32,000 nucleotides of DNA from Salmonella phage vB_Sen-E22, in the sequence record MT311645.1. The stretch is one strand, 5' to 3'. Under the pieces are notes generated by a model. The model had not been told where the DNA came from. It was given only the letters and a program-made list of their open reading frames with translations, and ran no database searches. Below, in pieces: positions 1 to 7,937 of this stretch. The first letter of the stretch is position 1. Every line of letters begins with the position of its first letter. The position numbers and the translations under genes are program-made.

Positions 1-37
1 TAATGAATTAAATACCTTACATGAGATATTACAGTTT

Positions 38-313
38 GTGAATAATAATATTAGTATTCCAGATGATACATTGGAAGTTCTCATGTTAATCGAGAAAAAG
101 GTAGGGATTGAAATTGAGGATTCCTGGAAACCACTTTCTGTACTAACACCTCTTAATATGAAAGTGATAGTTAAAAATATCGATACTGGTGAAGAATGTA
201 AGATGATTCGTAAAGAACTAGCTGATAGTTATTCACCAAAGTCTGTAGTAATGTATCATAATGACACACCTAAGATCCTACAGACAGCTAATTACGTATG
301 GCGTCTCCCATGA
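38..313 (+). CDS. hypothetical early protein (91 aa)
   Basis: Intact ORF in a dense co-directional array of small genes. Confidence 0.6.
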   Translation: MNNNISIPDDTLEVLMLIEKKVGIEIEDSWKPLSVLTPLNMKVIVKNIDTGEECKMIRKELADSYSPKSVVMYHNDTPKILQTANYVWRLP

Positions 314-456
314 TTGATTTAGTACCAATTACTGCGGGGCTAATAGCACTATTAGTGCTTGCAGTTTTTATTATTGTGGAGCAGGCCAAAGTAATAAGGA
401 GACTTAAAAACAATGATAAAACATCTTGTTTATCAGGCACCAAAGATTGTAACTGA
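310..456 (+). CDS. small hydrophobic membrane protein (48 aa): MIDLVPITAGLIALLVLAVFIIVEQAKVIRRLKNNDKTSCLSGTKDCN
   Basis: Manual translation (below the ORF-track size cutoff). Start overlaps the stop of the upstream ORF. One clear TM segment. Confidence 0.5.
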   Translation: MIDLVPITAGLIALLVLAVFIIVEQAKVIRRLKNNDKTSCLSGTKDCN

Positions 457-613
457 GTATTTTGTATTACTGCCACAGATTGTATTTCTAACAGCGTTAT
501 TTAATATACTTTTTAGACATCTAGGAATAACGGAAAATATCTTCTACACTTCTGAACTACTTCCTTTTATGTACGAAGGCATCATCGTGGCAATTAACGG
601 AGTTCGTAAATGA
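413..613 (+). CDS. hypothetical membrane protein (66 aa)
   Basis: ORF with hydrophobic stretch; stop overlaps the start of the next gene. Confidence 0.5.
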   Translation: MIKHLVYQAPKIVTEYFVLLPQIVFLTALFNILFRHLGITENIFYTSELLPFMYEGIIVAINGVRK

Positions 614-1071
614 CAGCACTACAACAACTACAGAATTACTGGTTTGATAACCAATTTAACGATCTCTTTATCCAGTTGTTTGTCGAAACGAACGGACGCT
701 TCAACTACCGATTCTTTAATAAGTTTCACGAAACAAAATTCTCGCATACAGAAATTAATGCAGCGATCCAAGACCTAACTGGTTCTAAAGTAATTCAGTA
801 TCGTGAAGTAGACTTCACACCAGATTGTTTTGGATTTAAATTGTTTAAGAAAGCGTATAAATTTGGTAAGTTTGAAGATGCTCGTCAATGGGTTCATGAT
901 TTCTGGTACAACACTGATATTGTTCCTAGTCGTGTACTGATTCTTAACTGGATTGCTAAACAACATCCACCTAAAGCTCAATCGTCCTTCTTACCAACTG
1001 ACACAGGAAACCTCTACCATGACAGAAAAGAAAAATCCATTGCTGGAGCAGATGAAGGAATGGGAGAGTAA
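610..1071 (+). CDS. hypothetical protein (153 aa)
   Basis: Long ORF in the + strand array; start overlaps the upstream stop (ATGA). Confidence 0.7.
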   Translation: MTALQQLQNYWFDNQFNDLFIQLFVETNGRFNYRFFNKFHETKFSHTEINAAIQDLTGSKVIQYREVDFTPDCFGFKLFKKAYKFGKFEDARQWVHDFWYNTDIVPSRVLILNWIAKQHPPKAQSSFLPTDTGNLYHDRKEKSIAGADEGMGE

Positions 1072-1390
1072 TATTGAATCTGGTCTAGTAGACGGAGAAG
1101 ATATTGTTAACTCTATGTTAGAAGTAACAATAGATAATATTGATCCTATTTTGGCTAGTGAAACTTCAGATCTTATAGGACTTTCTATTGCGTTCGATTC
1201 TTTGGCTAAATTAGCTTTAGATGATGAAGAGATAACCAAAGAAGATCTCGCCTCAGCTATGAATATGGCTATTAACGCTTATATTGGCAAACGTACCGAT
1301 GAACTCGATAAACAAATCAAAAAGCGCGATACAACGTTAAATCTTATGGAAACGGCCACTATGTTAAGAAGTGGTAAACAACTTCATTAA
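1019..1390 (+). CDS. hypothetical acidic helical protein (123 aa from the internal start MTEKKNPLLEQ...)
   Basis: ORF track gives 953-1390; the ATG at 1019 is a plausible alternative start. Confidence 0.6.
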   Translation: MTEKKNPLLEQMKEWESNIESGLVDGEDIVNSMLEVTIDNIDPILASETSDLIGLSIAFDSLAKLALDDEEITKEDLASAMNMAINAYIGKRTDELDKQIKKRDTTLNLMETATMLRSGKQLH

Positions 1391-1396
1391 TTCTAG

Positions 1397-1426
1397 AGGC
1401 CAGGGCTTAATTGTTCTGGCCTTTTG
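1397..1426 (+). terminator. intrinsic terminator or attenuator
   Basis: AGGCCAG ... CTGGCCT stem followed by TTTTG, just after the stop at 1390. Confidence 0.6.
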
Positions 1427-1444
1427 TGTTTCAAGGAATTTCAA

Positions 1445-1648
1445 ATGCAAGTATATGTCCTCACTAGAGATATAAATGAATACAATCAGGATGGTGAATA
1501 TTTTGTAAAGGTGTTTGCTGAAAAGCCAAGTAAACAACAATTATTAGATGCCGGAGTACCCGAAGATCAGGCTAAATGTATACTACAAGATAAAGAGTTT
1601 ACTGGTGATGCTTACGAATGTTTTTACCTTAGGTGTGAGAATATCTAA
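1445..1648 (+). CDS. hypothetical protein (67 aa, MQVYVLTRDINEYNQDG...)
   Basis: AAGGAA Shine-Dalgarno upstream of ATG 1445; ORF track start 1424 lacks this. Confidence 0.6.
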   Translation: MQVYVLTRDINEYNQDGEYFVKVFAEKPSKQQLLDAGVPEDQAKCILQDKEFTGDAYECFYLRCENI

Positions 1649-1649
1649 T

Positions 1650-2096
1650 ATGAGAGAAAAAGTAAATGAATTACTAATCGAGGAAGCTAACAACTTCCCA
1701 ATAAATAGGTTTATCAAATCGGATGGATCTATTAACAGAACTAAGATTAAGCAGCTACATCCCGACTTTCAACAAGAAGCACTAAATCTTATATTTATCA
1801 AGAAAGCTGTTGCAGTTCATGGAGCTTTCTTTGGGTATGAGCGTGTAAATTACAAAACAATGCAACAGCAAGTCGAGATCTATTGCCCAGATCATGAAGG
1901 GTATTACTGGCAAACTGCTAGATCTCATTTAGAAGGGCATGGTTGTCGACTGTGTGCACATAAGGTTGTGCAGCGTGTCACGGATTATGGAACTTATACC
2001 GTGCCAGCATGTTATCATAAATTTGTAATTGACGATAATCATATAGTTTGGTATAATAAGTTTTCAAAGTTAAGAATGGAGATAAATAGTGAGTAG
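1650..2096 (+). CDS. DUF723-like zinc-finger/treble-clef protein (149 aa), as found in homing-endonuclease-type proteins
   Basis: YCPDHEGYYWQTARSHLEGHGCRLC resembles the CPxHGxFxQxPxxHLxGxGCPxC signature. Start ATG 1650 closely follows the previous stop. Confidence 0.55.
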   Translation: MREKVNELLIEEANNFPINRFIKSDGSINRTKIKQLHPDFQQEALNLIFIKKAVAVHGAFFGYERVNYKTMQQQVEIYCPDHEGYYWQTARSHLEGHGCRLCAHKVVQRVTDYGTYTVPACYHKFVIDDNHIVWYNKFSKLRMEINSE

Positions 2097-2379
2097 CTAT
2101 ATTATATGGTCAAACCCATTAGCAGCACTTAGTAACAAACTATTTAAAACAACGTGGGGCTATAATGAAATAGACTTAAGCAGTCGCCCCATACCAAATA
2201 CATGCTCACTAGTCCCAGATCTGTATAAAGTAGTAATAAATAACGTAGAATATTTGGTTGACGAATTTGACAGAAGGTATATACTAGAGAGTATTTATGA
2301 TGCCAGTATATCAATGAATGAATTGATAGAGCATGCCCAAATGTGTGATAAAAGTTGGATGTTAATATGGAAATCATAG
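2089..2379 (+). CDS. hypothetical protein (96 aa, GTG start)
   Basis: GGAG upstream of GTG at 2089, overlapping the preceding gene. Confidence 0.5.
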   Translation: MSSYIIWSNPLAALSNKLFKTTWGYNEIDLSSRPIPNTCSLVPDLYKVVINNVEYLVDEFDRRYILESIYDASISMNELIEHAQMCDKSWMLIWKS

Positions 2380-2600
2380 CAATTATTTTAGTAGTTATGT
2401 TATTCATCGTAGTACTTGTATCTTTTGCTATTATGCGTAGAGCTAGAGAACTAGCAGAAGATCTAGTAAAATTACGTGGTGAGGTAGCGGATCTCAAACT
2501 ACAACGTGAAGCTCTCAAGCTATTCGTAGCTCAAGGTAGCGCAGCGCATACAGCAGAAGACTTCATCGTATATCTAAAACGTTACATGGGAGTTAAATAA
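2367..2600 (+). CDS. small membrane protein: N-terminal TM plus coiled-coil-like tail
   Basis: MEIIAIILVVMLFIVVLVSFAIMRRARELAEDLVKLRGEVADLKLQREAL; ORF track start is 2355, alternative start 2367. Confidence 0.55.
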   Translation: MEIIAIILVVMLFIVVLVSFAIMRRARELAEDLVKLRGEVADLKLQREALKLFVAQGSAAHTAEDFIVYLKRYMGVK

Positions 2601-2785
2601 TGGAAACATTACTTCTTGTATTACTAGGAGGCTCACTCCTAATAATCCTGGGATTGATACTGATTTGCAGTCGCCTCAATACTAAGAATCTAGAGTTAAC
2701 CTGTGAGAACCAAATCCTTAATCGTGAACTCAAACAATATAATCTAGCAGCCCATAAACTGTTAGACAAACTGGAGAATAAATAA
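2600..2785 (+). CDS. small membrane protein: N-terminal TM plus coiled-coil-like tail (61 aa)
   Basis: TAATG stop-start overlap with the upstream gene; same architecture as the preceding ORF. Confidence 0.6.
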   Translation: METLLLVLLGGSLLIILGLILICSRLNTKNLELTCENQILNRELKQYNLAAHKLLDKLENK

Positions 2786-3393
2786 TGTTTACACAACAAC
2801 CTATTCAAGTAGTACCAGACCATGAACTGAACACATGGGATTATAGCTTTAAAGATTTAACTGCTACTGTACAATTCAAATCTATGAAGCTAACCTTTGC
2901 ACACACTAATATTAGAGCATGTAAAGGTTTTGAAGGTAGGCTCAACAACGCTCGTGAGATTTTTGGCAAGGCTCGCATTCCAGCTGATAACCTTATTAAT
3001 GCATTAATAGACGCTGGCTATAAACTTGTGAAGACTGAGGTAAACCGCCCTAGTACTCCAGTAACTATTCGGGATCCGTGGCAGTCAGGGCCAATTACAA
3101 TGCGGAACAGCCCTAAAATAACGTCGGATTTGCACAATGTTCCGTGTGGGGGTGTAGTAAGTAGTACGCAGTCATATAAGTTTGTAGAAGATTACGGCCC
3201 TTCCGTACAGTTGAAACATACTCAAGAAGCTTTTGAATCCGATATGCGAAGCGTAGCACCTGCGGATGCTGGAGTTTCTAGGAGTTCTGTTTGTACTATT
3301 CATTTTAATAATCCTAGTAAACACGGAAGTTTAGAGGATGCTATTATGGAGGCGTTGGGAGCTGCTATTAATGAAGATAAAAGAGATTACTAA
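2785..3393 (+). CDS. hypothetical protein (202 aa)
   Basis: Long ORF, TAATG overlap with the previous gene. Contains one copy of the GTCGGATTTGCACA repeat at 3123-3136. Confidence 0.7.
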   Translation: MFTQQPIQVVPDHELNTWDYSFKDLTATVQFKSMKLTFAHTNIRACKGFEGRLNNAREIFGKARIPADNLINALIDAGYKLVKTEVNRPSTPVTIRDPWQSGPITMRNSPKITSDLHNVPCGGVVSSTQSYKFVEDYGPSVQLKHTQEAFESDMRSVAPADAGVSRSSVCTIHFNNPSKHGSLEDAIMEALGAAINEDKRDY

Positions 3394-3402
3394 TTAATTT
3401 AT

Positions 3403-3439
3403 AGGTCTACGCCTCTCCAGACCTTCTATTGGGGGAGGC
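3403..3439 (+). promoter_or_regulatory. candidate H-type RNA pseudoknot in a 5'UTR
   Basis: Stem 1 AGGTCT(3403-3408)/AGACCT(3419-3424). Stem 2 GCCTCTCC(3411-3418)/GGGGAGGC(3432-3439). Ends 5 nt before the SD AGGAG(3445-3449) of ATG 3455. Confidence 0.4.
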
Positions 3440-3454
3440 ATATTAGGAGAAATT

Positions 3455-3844
3455 ATGTTACATTATATTATTGCTATAAATCGTCAAATTACTAGTCAAA
3501 CTCGTGTTACTGTTCGTAAAGTAGATGCAGGTTATCTTTATCCTGAAGAAACTGCTGGAGAGATAATTGTAGTCGCTTTAGTTACCAACGGAGTTGAGGA
3601 AATAATCTATGAATCCCCAGTATTTATGGATGAGTGTATAGATGATGCAATAGAATTAATCGGTGAGCTTATTAACCAACTGATAGAACTAAAACCTAAC
3701 CGTAAGATCTTCAAGGAATCCTTTATTAATGAATTAAGATACATTCAAAATACAGCATCAGATTGCCTGTCTTTTGAATTCTTTACATTACATTATCAAG
3801 CTACCGAAGATTTCTATACAGAAGATAAAGCTCAGGAGGTTTAA
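3455..3844 (+). CDS. hypothetical protein (129 aa)
   Basis: ORF with AGGAG Shine-Dalgarno. Confidence 0.65.
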   Translation: MLHYIIAINRQITSQTRVTVRKVDAGYLYPEETAGEIIVVALVTNGVEEIIYESPVFMDECIDDAIELIGELINQLIELKPNRKIFKESFINELRYIQNTASDCLSFEFFTLHYQATEDFYTEDKAQEV

Positions 3845-3846
3845 CA

Positions 3847-4563
3847 ATGAATAAAGCAGAAAAACTAAAACATCTTATTGCGCTAGCAAAAGAATCAAAC
3901 CAGAAATGTTTCTCCGAGCTAACAGATGAACAGAAGTATGCTGTAATGTTCCTGTCAGATTATCGTCCTGCACGTTGGGAAGCTAATAAAATTAAATATG
4001 ATAGGAATAGCTCAAAGGTAGTATTAGCAGGCTCCTACGTTGAAACTAATAAAGCATTAAAATCTTTAGATCCTAGTGCGAAAGGTATCAATGCTAGTTC
4101 TATTCTAGTATTGATTGATGAAGTGCTCCCAGCCTATGAAGAAACAGATTTCTTAACAGCATTACTTAGTGATAATAAGATTCCGAGAAAGAAGGGAGAA
4201 TTTGCACATCTTCCCGAGCTAGAGAAACAGAAACCTTCTCTTAATAAGGAAGAAACGTATCGTGGAATTGGCATGACTATAGCGAGTTTGCACGTAGCCA
4301 TTACCAAAGATCTAGAATTAACTCCTACAGAGAAAGCCATTCACTATGCGATTCATAGAGATAAAGAAACTTTCAAATCATTATGTAATTCGCTAGGATT
4401 GCCAAGTACTACGATTATTAATCTAGAGCCAGAATATGAGCGGTACGTGAAAGGAACTCTGTCTTACGAAGAGACAGGATCTGCTATGTCCTATTTAGCA
4501 ACTTATATCTACTTCGCATCTCTCGGTATCAAACTCAAGGCTAGAAAGAATGTCACTATATAA
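3847..4563 (+). CDS. hypothetical protein (238 aa)
   Basis: Long ORF, start 2 nt after the upstream stop. Confidence 0.75.
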   Translation: MNKAEKLKHLIALAKESNQKCFSELTDEQKYAVMFLSDYRPARWEANKIKYDRNSSKVVLAGSYVETNKALKSLDPSAKGINASSILVLIDEVLPAYEETDFLTALLSDNKIPRKKGEFAHLPELEKQKPSLNKEETYRGIGMTIASLHVAITKDLELTPTEKAIHYAIHRDKETFKSLCNSLGLPSTTIINLEPEYERYVKGTLSYEETGSAMSYLATYIYFASLGIKLKARKNVTI

Positions 4564-4906
4564 AGTATATATTCTTGCAAATAGGGATCTGACGAAGATC
4601 CCTAAGAGAACAAAGATCGGTATCAGTATGAATCCACATAATAGGATTCAAACACTAAACTTAGATAAGATAGTCTACCGTGGTTTTGATGATTTATACG
4701 TGTATGGGATCTATGAAACCCATAATCCTAGAGATCTAGAAGCCGCTGCACATATCTATTTTAAGAAATACCGCTGTAATTTAAAGGGATTCGAAGGATG
4801 CACAGAGTTCTTTGATATTCACCCACAACTTGCAGAGCGATTCCTATTAAATACAGGAGCCAAGAAGATTTACGATCCCAATACCAATCTCGAAGGGGAT
4901 GTATAA
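4550..4906 (+). CDS. T5orf172/MUG113-like (GIY-YIG superfamily-like) protein (118 aa)
   Basis: YKVYILANRD...KIGISMNPHNRIQTLN...IYETHNPRDLEAAAHIYFKKYR resembles T5orf172/GIY-YIG motifs. Confidence 0.6.
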   Translation: MSLYKVYILANRDLTKIPKRTKIGISMNPHNRIQTLNLDKIVYRGFDDLYVYGIYETHNPRDLEAAAHIYFKKYRCNLKGFEGCTEFFDIHPQLAERFLLNTGAKKIYDPNTNLEGDV

Positions 4907-4923
4907 ACGTTAACAAAATTTTC

Positions 4924-4953
4924 TTGACAACTCATTGCGGCACATGTTATAAT
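4924..4953 (+). promoter_or_regulatory. near-consensus sigma70 promoter
   Basis: TTGACA (4924-4929), 18 bp spacer, TATAAT (4948-4953). Confidence 0.75.
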
Positions 4954-4970
4954 AATCACATAGATTAAAA

Positions 4971-5087
4971 ACAACTCTTGTTTTGAACTCTAGGGGCGAT
5001 GATTATTACACGAGACTTCGTTAACTCTTTGCGACCGAGCAACAGGGGTATGACAGTCGAGGACTTACGTAATTAATCACGCGCCCC
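4971..5087 (+). ncRNA. candidate structured non-coding RNA / leader
   Basis: Directly downstream of the 4924-4953 promoter with no ORF of 60 aa or more. AAAACAA-CTC-TTGTTTT hairpin followed by long-range pairing GGGGCG(4993-4998)+TGATTA(5000-5005) with TAATCA(5074-5079)+CGCCCC(5082-5087). Confidence 0.35.
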
Positions 5088-5370
5088 ACGAGTAAGCACA
5101 CATGTAATAGGGGCTACTTTACTTTTAATTTACCTTATAATATTTAAAGGCAATATCTGTGTTCAAGATGATACACCGGTTGCCGCTCATCTGCTAGGAT
5201 GGTACAACACTTTCCTAGAAACTCCAGAGTTCTCACGAGATACCACACTTCTAGTGGGCGGTTCTCCTAAGTTTCTAGGAACATATACTAGGCGGTTTAA
5301 TACAGGGCGGTTATGGGGAGGGCGGTTATTTCTAGGAGACATTTTTTGAAAACACATTCCCAGAAATTAC

Positions 5371-5971
5371 TGTCGGATTTGCACATTGTGTTTCTAGAAA
5401 TTTATGGTCGGATTTGCACAAACGCCTAAGTTTTTAGGAACATATAATCTCCTGAAAATGGCAGCATTATTTCGGGCCGAAGGCCCATGATTGCCTGAGT
5501 TTTTAGAGCCACAGAAATTTTCACTTGTCAAGCTATTTTGCCCCATTTTGCTAATAAAATTTTACTTTATCTCCACTAATCTCAAATTAACCCAAATCTT
5601 CTCAACTCTTCCCCAAAATCCCCGCAAATCAGGTGCCCTGCACCAAACATGCGCCCCTCTAGCTTCTCCCCTAATTTTCTCTCGCTCTCTCATCTTCTCC
5701 TCAAACCCACACAATCACACACCCTCCAATCGAAGTCACAAAAATCTTGTCGGATTCGCACAAATAAACCCATGTCGGATTTGCACATATTCTAGCTAAT
5801 TCCACAGGATTGATGCGCAGCATCGGATTGCTGGAGTTTTTGGGAAAATTCATTGTCGGATTTGCACATTATAAAAATTTTTCGGGTCGGATTTGCACAC
5901 TACCAAAAATTGTCGGATTCGCACATACACGCCCGCACGTAACACCCGTGGAGCAATGTCGGATTTGCACA
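5371..5971 (+). repeat. eight dispersed direct copies of TGTCGGATTYGCACA
   Basis: 5371, 5407 (GTCGG...), 5748, 5773, 5854, 5886 (GTCGG...), 5911, 5957. All on the + strand. Confidence 0.95.
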
Positions 5972-5973
5972 AA

Positions 5974-5997
5974 AGCGCAGGGCAATTGCCCTGCGCT
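5974..5997. repeat. perfect 24-bp palindrome AGCGCAGGGCAATTGCCCTGCGCT (possible minus-strand terminator)
   Basis: Direct reading. On the minus strand it is followed by TTTTGTGC. Confidence 0.85.
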
Positions 5998-6007
5998 AAA
6001 TACGAAT

Positions 6008-6210
6008 GATAATAAGAATCATTCTCATTTAAAAAGCGGAATGAGAATGATAATAATTCGCATTTAGAAAGTGAAATGAGAATCAATCCCATTTAAAAAG
6101 CGGAATGAGAACTATTCAAAAAGTGAAATGATTCTCATTTAAAAAGCGGAATGATTATCGGTTAGATAGTGGAATGCAAATGATAATGATTCTCATTTAA
6201 GAATGGAAGT
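6008..6210 (+). repeat. degenerate array of ATTCTCATTTAAAAAGCGGAATGA units with Fur-box-like segments
   Basis: Exact 24-mer at 6021-6044 and 6131-6154; partial/diverged copies near 6061, 6090, 6113 and 6191. GATAATAAGAATCATTCTC at 6008-6026 matches 16/19 of the Fur consensus. Confidence 0.75.
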
Positions 6211-6224
6211 GAGAAACACTGTTA

Positions 6225-6400
6225 TTTAAGTTATCCACAGACTTATTAACAGCACGATTTGACTTGACAGAATTCTAGCCATTTTGAGGCGTTATCAACA
6301 GACTTATCCCCAGGTTATTCTACTGTATATTTATACAGTATTCCTACGCAGTGGATAATTCTAATATAGGCCTAAAACGCCCTGAATCGCATTCTAACGC
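6225..6400 (+). repeat. left arm of a long imperfect inverted repeat
   Basis: TTTAAGTTATCCACAGACTTAtTaACAGCAC ... CAGACTTATCCcCAGGTTATtCTACTGTATATTTATACAG ... GGCCTAAAACGC matches the reverse complement of 9150-9329. Confidence 0.85.
6321..6340. promoter_or_regulatory. LexA/SOS-box-like palindrome
   Basis: TACTGTATATTTATACAGTA fits CTG-N10-CAG. Confidence 0.55.
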
Positions 6401-6706
6401 GTTTAATTTTGGCGGGGGTACTAAAACAAGGGCAAAATTGGAGGAGGCTTGAAAATTAGTTAGCTCGCTAACGATCACACAAGGCGACACGTAACACCCG
6501 AATCATTAGCAGGCTAACCATCGCGGGCGCGGTCAAATGAGAATGATTATCATTTGAAAATTGGGGGCACTCCCGGATAGTTGCGCCCCGTGATTATTAT
6601 AGTAGGGGGCAGCCGTTACGCTTTGCCCACTCCCGCCACTCATCTTGATGCCTAGACTTGCGACGGCGTACTAAAAACCGCTTGTACCAGTGATTAAACC
6701 ATCGTT

Positions 6707-7051
6707 TCATTGCGCCACCTTTCGAAACGCTGTTTCAATACTATCAGCCGTGGATTGAATATATGCGCCTTTCATTATCAGGCGCTCGGTGCACACCTTA
6801 CGGAAAATATTAATAAAATCGTCTTCATTTTCTGCGATTAATGCCTCACCCATAACCTGAACGTCGCAAGATGCAAAGGTCAAAAATTGAAACGCTAGTT
6901 CACGGGCAACGACCGCATTGATTTTATAATGCGCCTTTCCCTCATAAATATTAATAACGCCCTTATAAGCTGGTGAAAGCTGGTTTAAATAGTTTGCTAA
7001 CAATGCCGGGCGGCAGTTAGCAACAAAGCGGTTGCCCTCATAAATAACCAT
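6707..7051 (-). CDS. hypothetical protein (114 aa), distal gene of the minus-strand operon
   Basis: ORF with GGGAGGT Shine-Dalgarno on the minus strand. Confidence 0.7.
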   Translation of the reverse strand: MVIYEGNRFVANCRPALLANYLNQLSPAYKGVINIYEGKAHYKINAVVARELAFQFLTFASCDVQVMGEALIAENEDDFINIFRKVCTERLIMKGAYIQSTADSIETAFRKVAQ

Positions 7052-7178
7052 TTGACAACCTCCCGATCAGATAGCCTGATAAAAGCATAAAGATCCCCAA
7101 CGAAAGGGGGTCATTCTTAAATAAGGTGGCGATAAAACCGCCAGCCATTGCAAGGAGAATAACAATAACGCTTTTCAT
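7038..7178 (-). CDS. small membrane protein (46 aa): MKSVIVILLAMAGGFIATLFKNDPLSLGIFMLLSGYLIGRLSNGYL
   Basis: Manual translation. ATGA overlap with the stop of the upstream ORF (7175-7387); overlaps the start of the next gene. Confidence 0.6.
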   Translation of the reverse strand: MKSVIVILLAMAGGFIATLFKNDPLSLGIFMLLSGYLIGRLSNGYL

Positions 7179-7387
7179 AGTACCCCACGAAACGCAGCGT
7201 AAAAGGTGGCAAAGTGCTTAACCGTTTCAGCTATCACGTTGCCGCGCTTATCAAATTTTTTCTCGGTAACACGAAAGGCATTTTTATTACGTGCTACATA
7301 TTCGATTTTACAATCTGGACGCTCGAACGTGTTAACGTCCACCAGCTTGAAGCCTTTCGAACGTGCAAGAGAAACGTTGCGGATCAT
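7175..7387 (-). CDS. hypothetical protein (70 aa)
   Basis: AAAGGAG Shine-Dalgarno on the minus strand, co-directional operon. Confidence 0.65.
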   Translation of the reverse strand: MIRNVSLARSKGFKLVDVNTFERPDCKIEYVARNKNAFRVTEKKFDKRGNVIAETVKHFATFYAAFRGVL

Positions 7388-7389
7388 TT

Positions 7390-7539
7390 TTATTCTCCTT
7401 TACCAGTCATGCAGCCCAGCAGATAAGAAAACGCAGCAATGCCAGCGCCAATAGTAACCGCGTGAACGTCGAAAGCTATTGCAAACAAAGATAAAATAGC
7501 GCCCAAGATACCCGCCAGAATAGCTCGAAAAATAACCAT
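7390..7539 (-). CDS. small membrane protein (49 aa): MVIFRAILAGILGAILSLFAIAFDVHAVTIGAGIAAFSYLLGCMTGKGE
   Basis: Manual translation; two hydrophobic segments. Its last codons encode the SD of the next gene. Confidence 0.6.
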   Translation of the reverse strand: MVIFRAILAGILGAILSLFAIAFDVHAVTIGAGIAAFSYLLGCMTGKGE

Positions 7540-7588
7540 TTGTAATACTCCCCTAGTTAGTGGGGCGAAAGTAACGCCCTGTTATTAA

Positions 7589-7819
7589 TTACATTAAAAT
7601 AATTTTTGCGGCTTGCTTTTTAGTGCAGTGTTCCGCCTTCAGGGTATCCAGTAAAAAGCCCGCTGTTTGCTGATCGATTTGATCATTATCATAAAGCGTC
7701 TGAATGGTAGTATAAGTTTTAGCAATGCCGTATTCTTGCACCATTTCCTGAATAATCCAGCGATTTGATACCCAGCCTTTACCAGTGAAAAGAGCGTCAG
7801 AAGAAGAAAAAGCAACCAT
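7589..7819 (-). CDS. hypothetical protein (76 aa from MVAFSSSDAL)
   Basis: GGAGG upstream of ATG at 7819; ORF track start is 7852. Confidence 0.65.
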   Translation of the reverse strand: MVAFSSSDALFTGKGWVSNRWIIQEMVQEYGIAKTYTTIQTLYDNDQIDQQTAGFLLDTLKAEHCTKKQAAKIILM

Positions 7820-7937
7820 TTTAAGCCTCCAAATTTTTGGGAAAATTTTCAACCGTCCTCAAACGGTGTAAAGGCATTATAACAAAAAAGGCCACCATAA
7901 AAGGCGACCTTTACAAAACTTTACAATAGGCTAGTTA

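Noticed and set aside
1-5000. Searched for tRNA genes, expected in T5-like early regions
   Set aside because: No convincing cloverleaf with GGTTCRANNCC T-arm and CCA end found by eye. tRNAscan-SE/ARAGORN should be run before concluding absence.
5371-5971. Possible CRISPR array from the 15-bp repeats
   Set aside because: Repeats are short and spacing is irregular, with no uniform spacers and no cas genes.
5491-6092. ORFs 5491-5799 (+), 5810-6067 (+) and 5850-6092 (-) in the repeat region
   Set aside because: They run through non-coding repeat arrays, have low-complexity translations created by the repeats, mutually overlap, and lack convincing Shine-Dalgarno sites.
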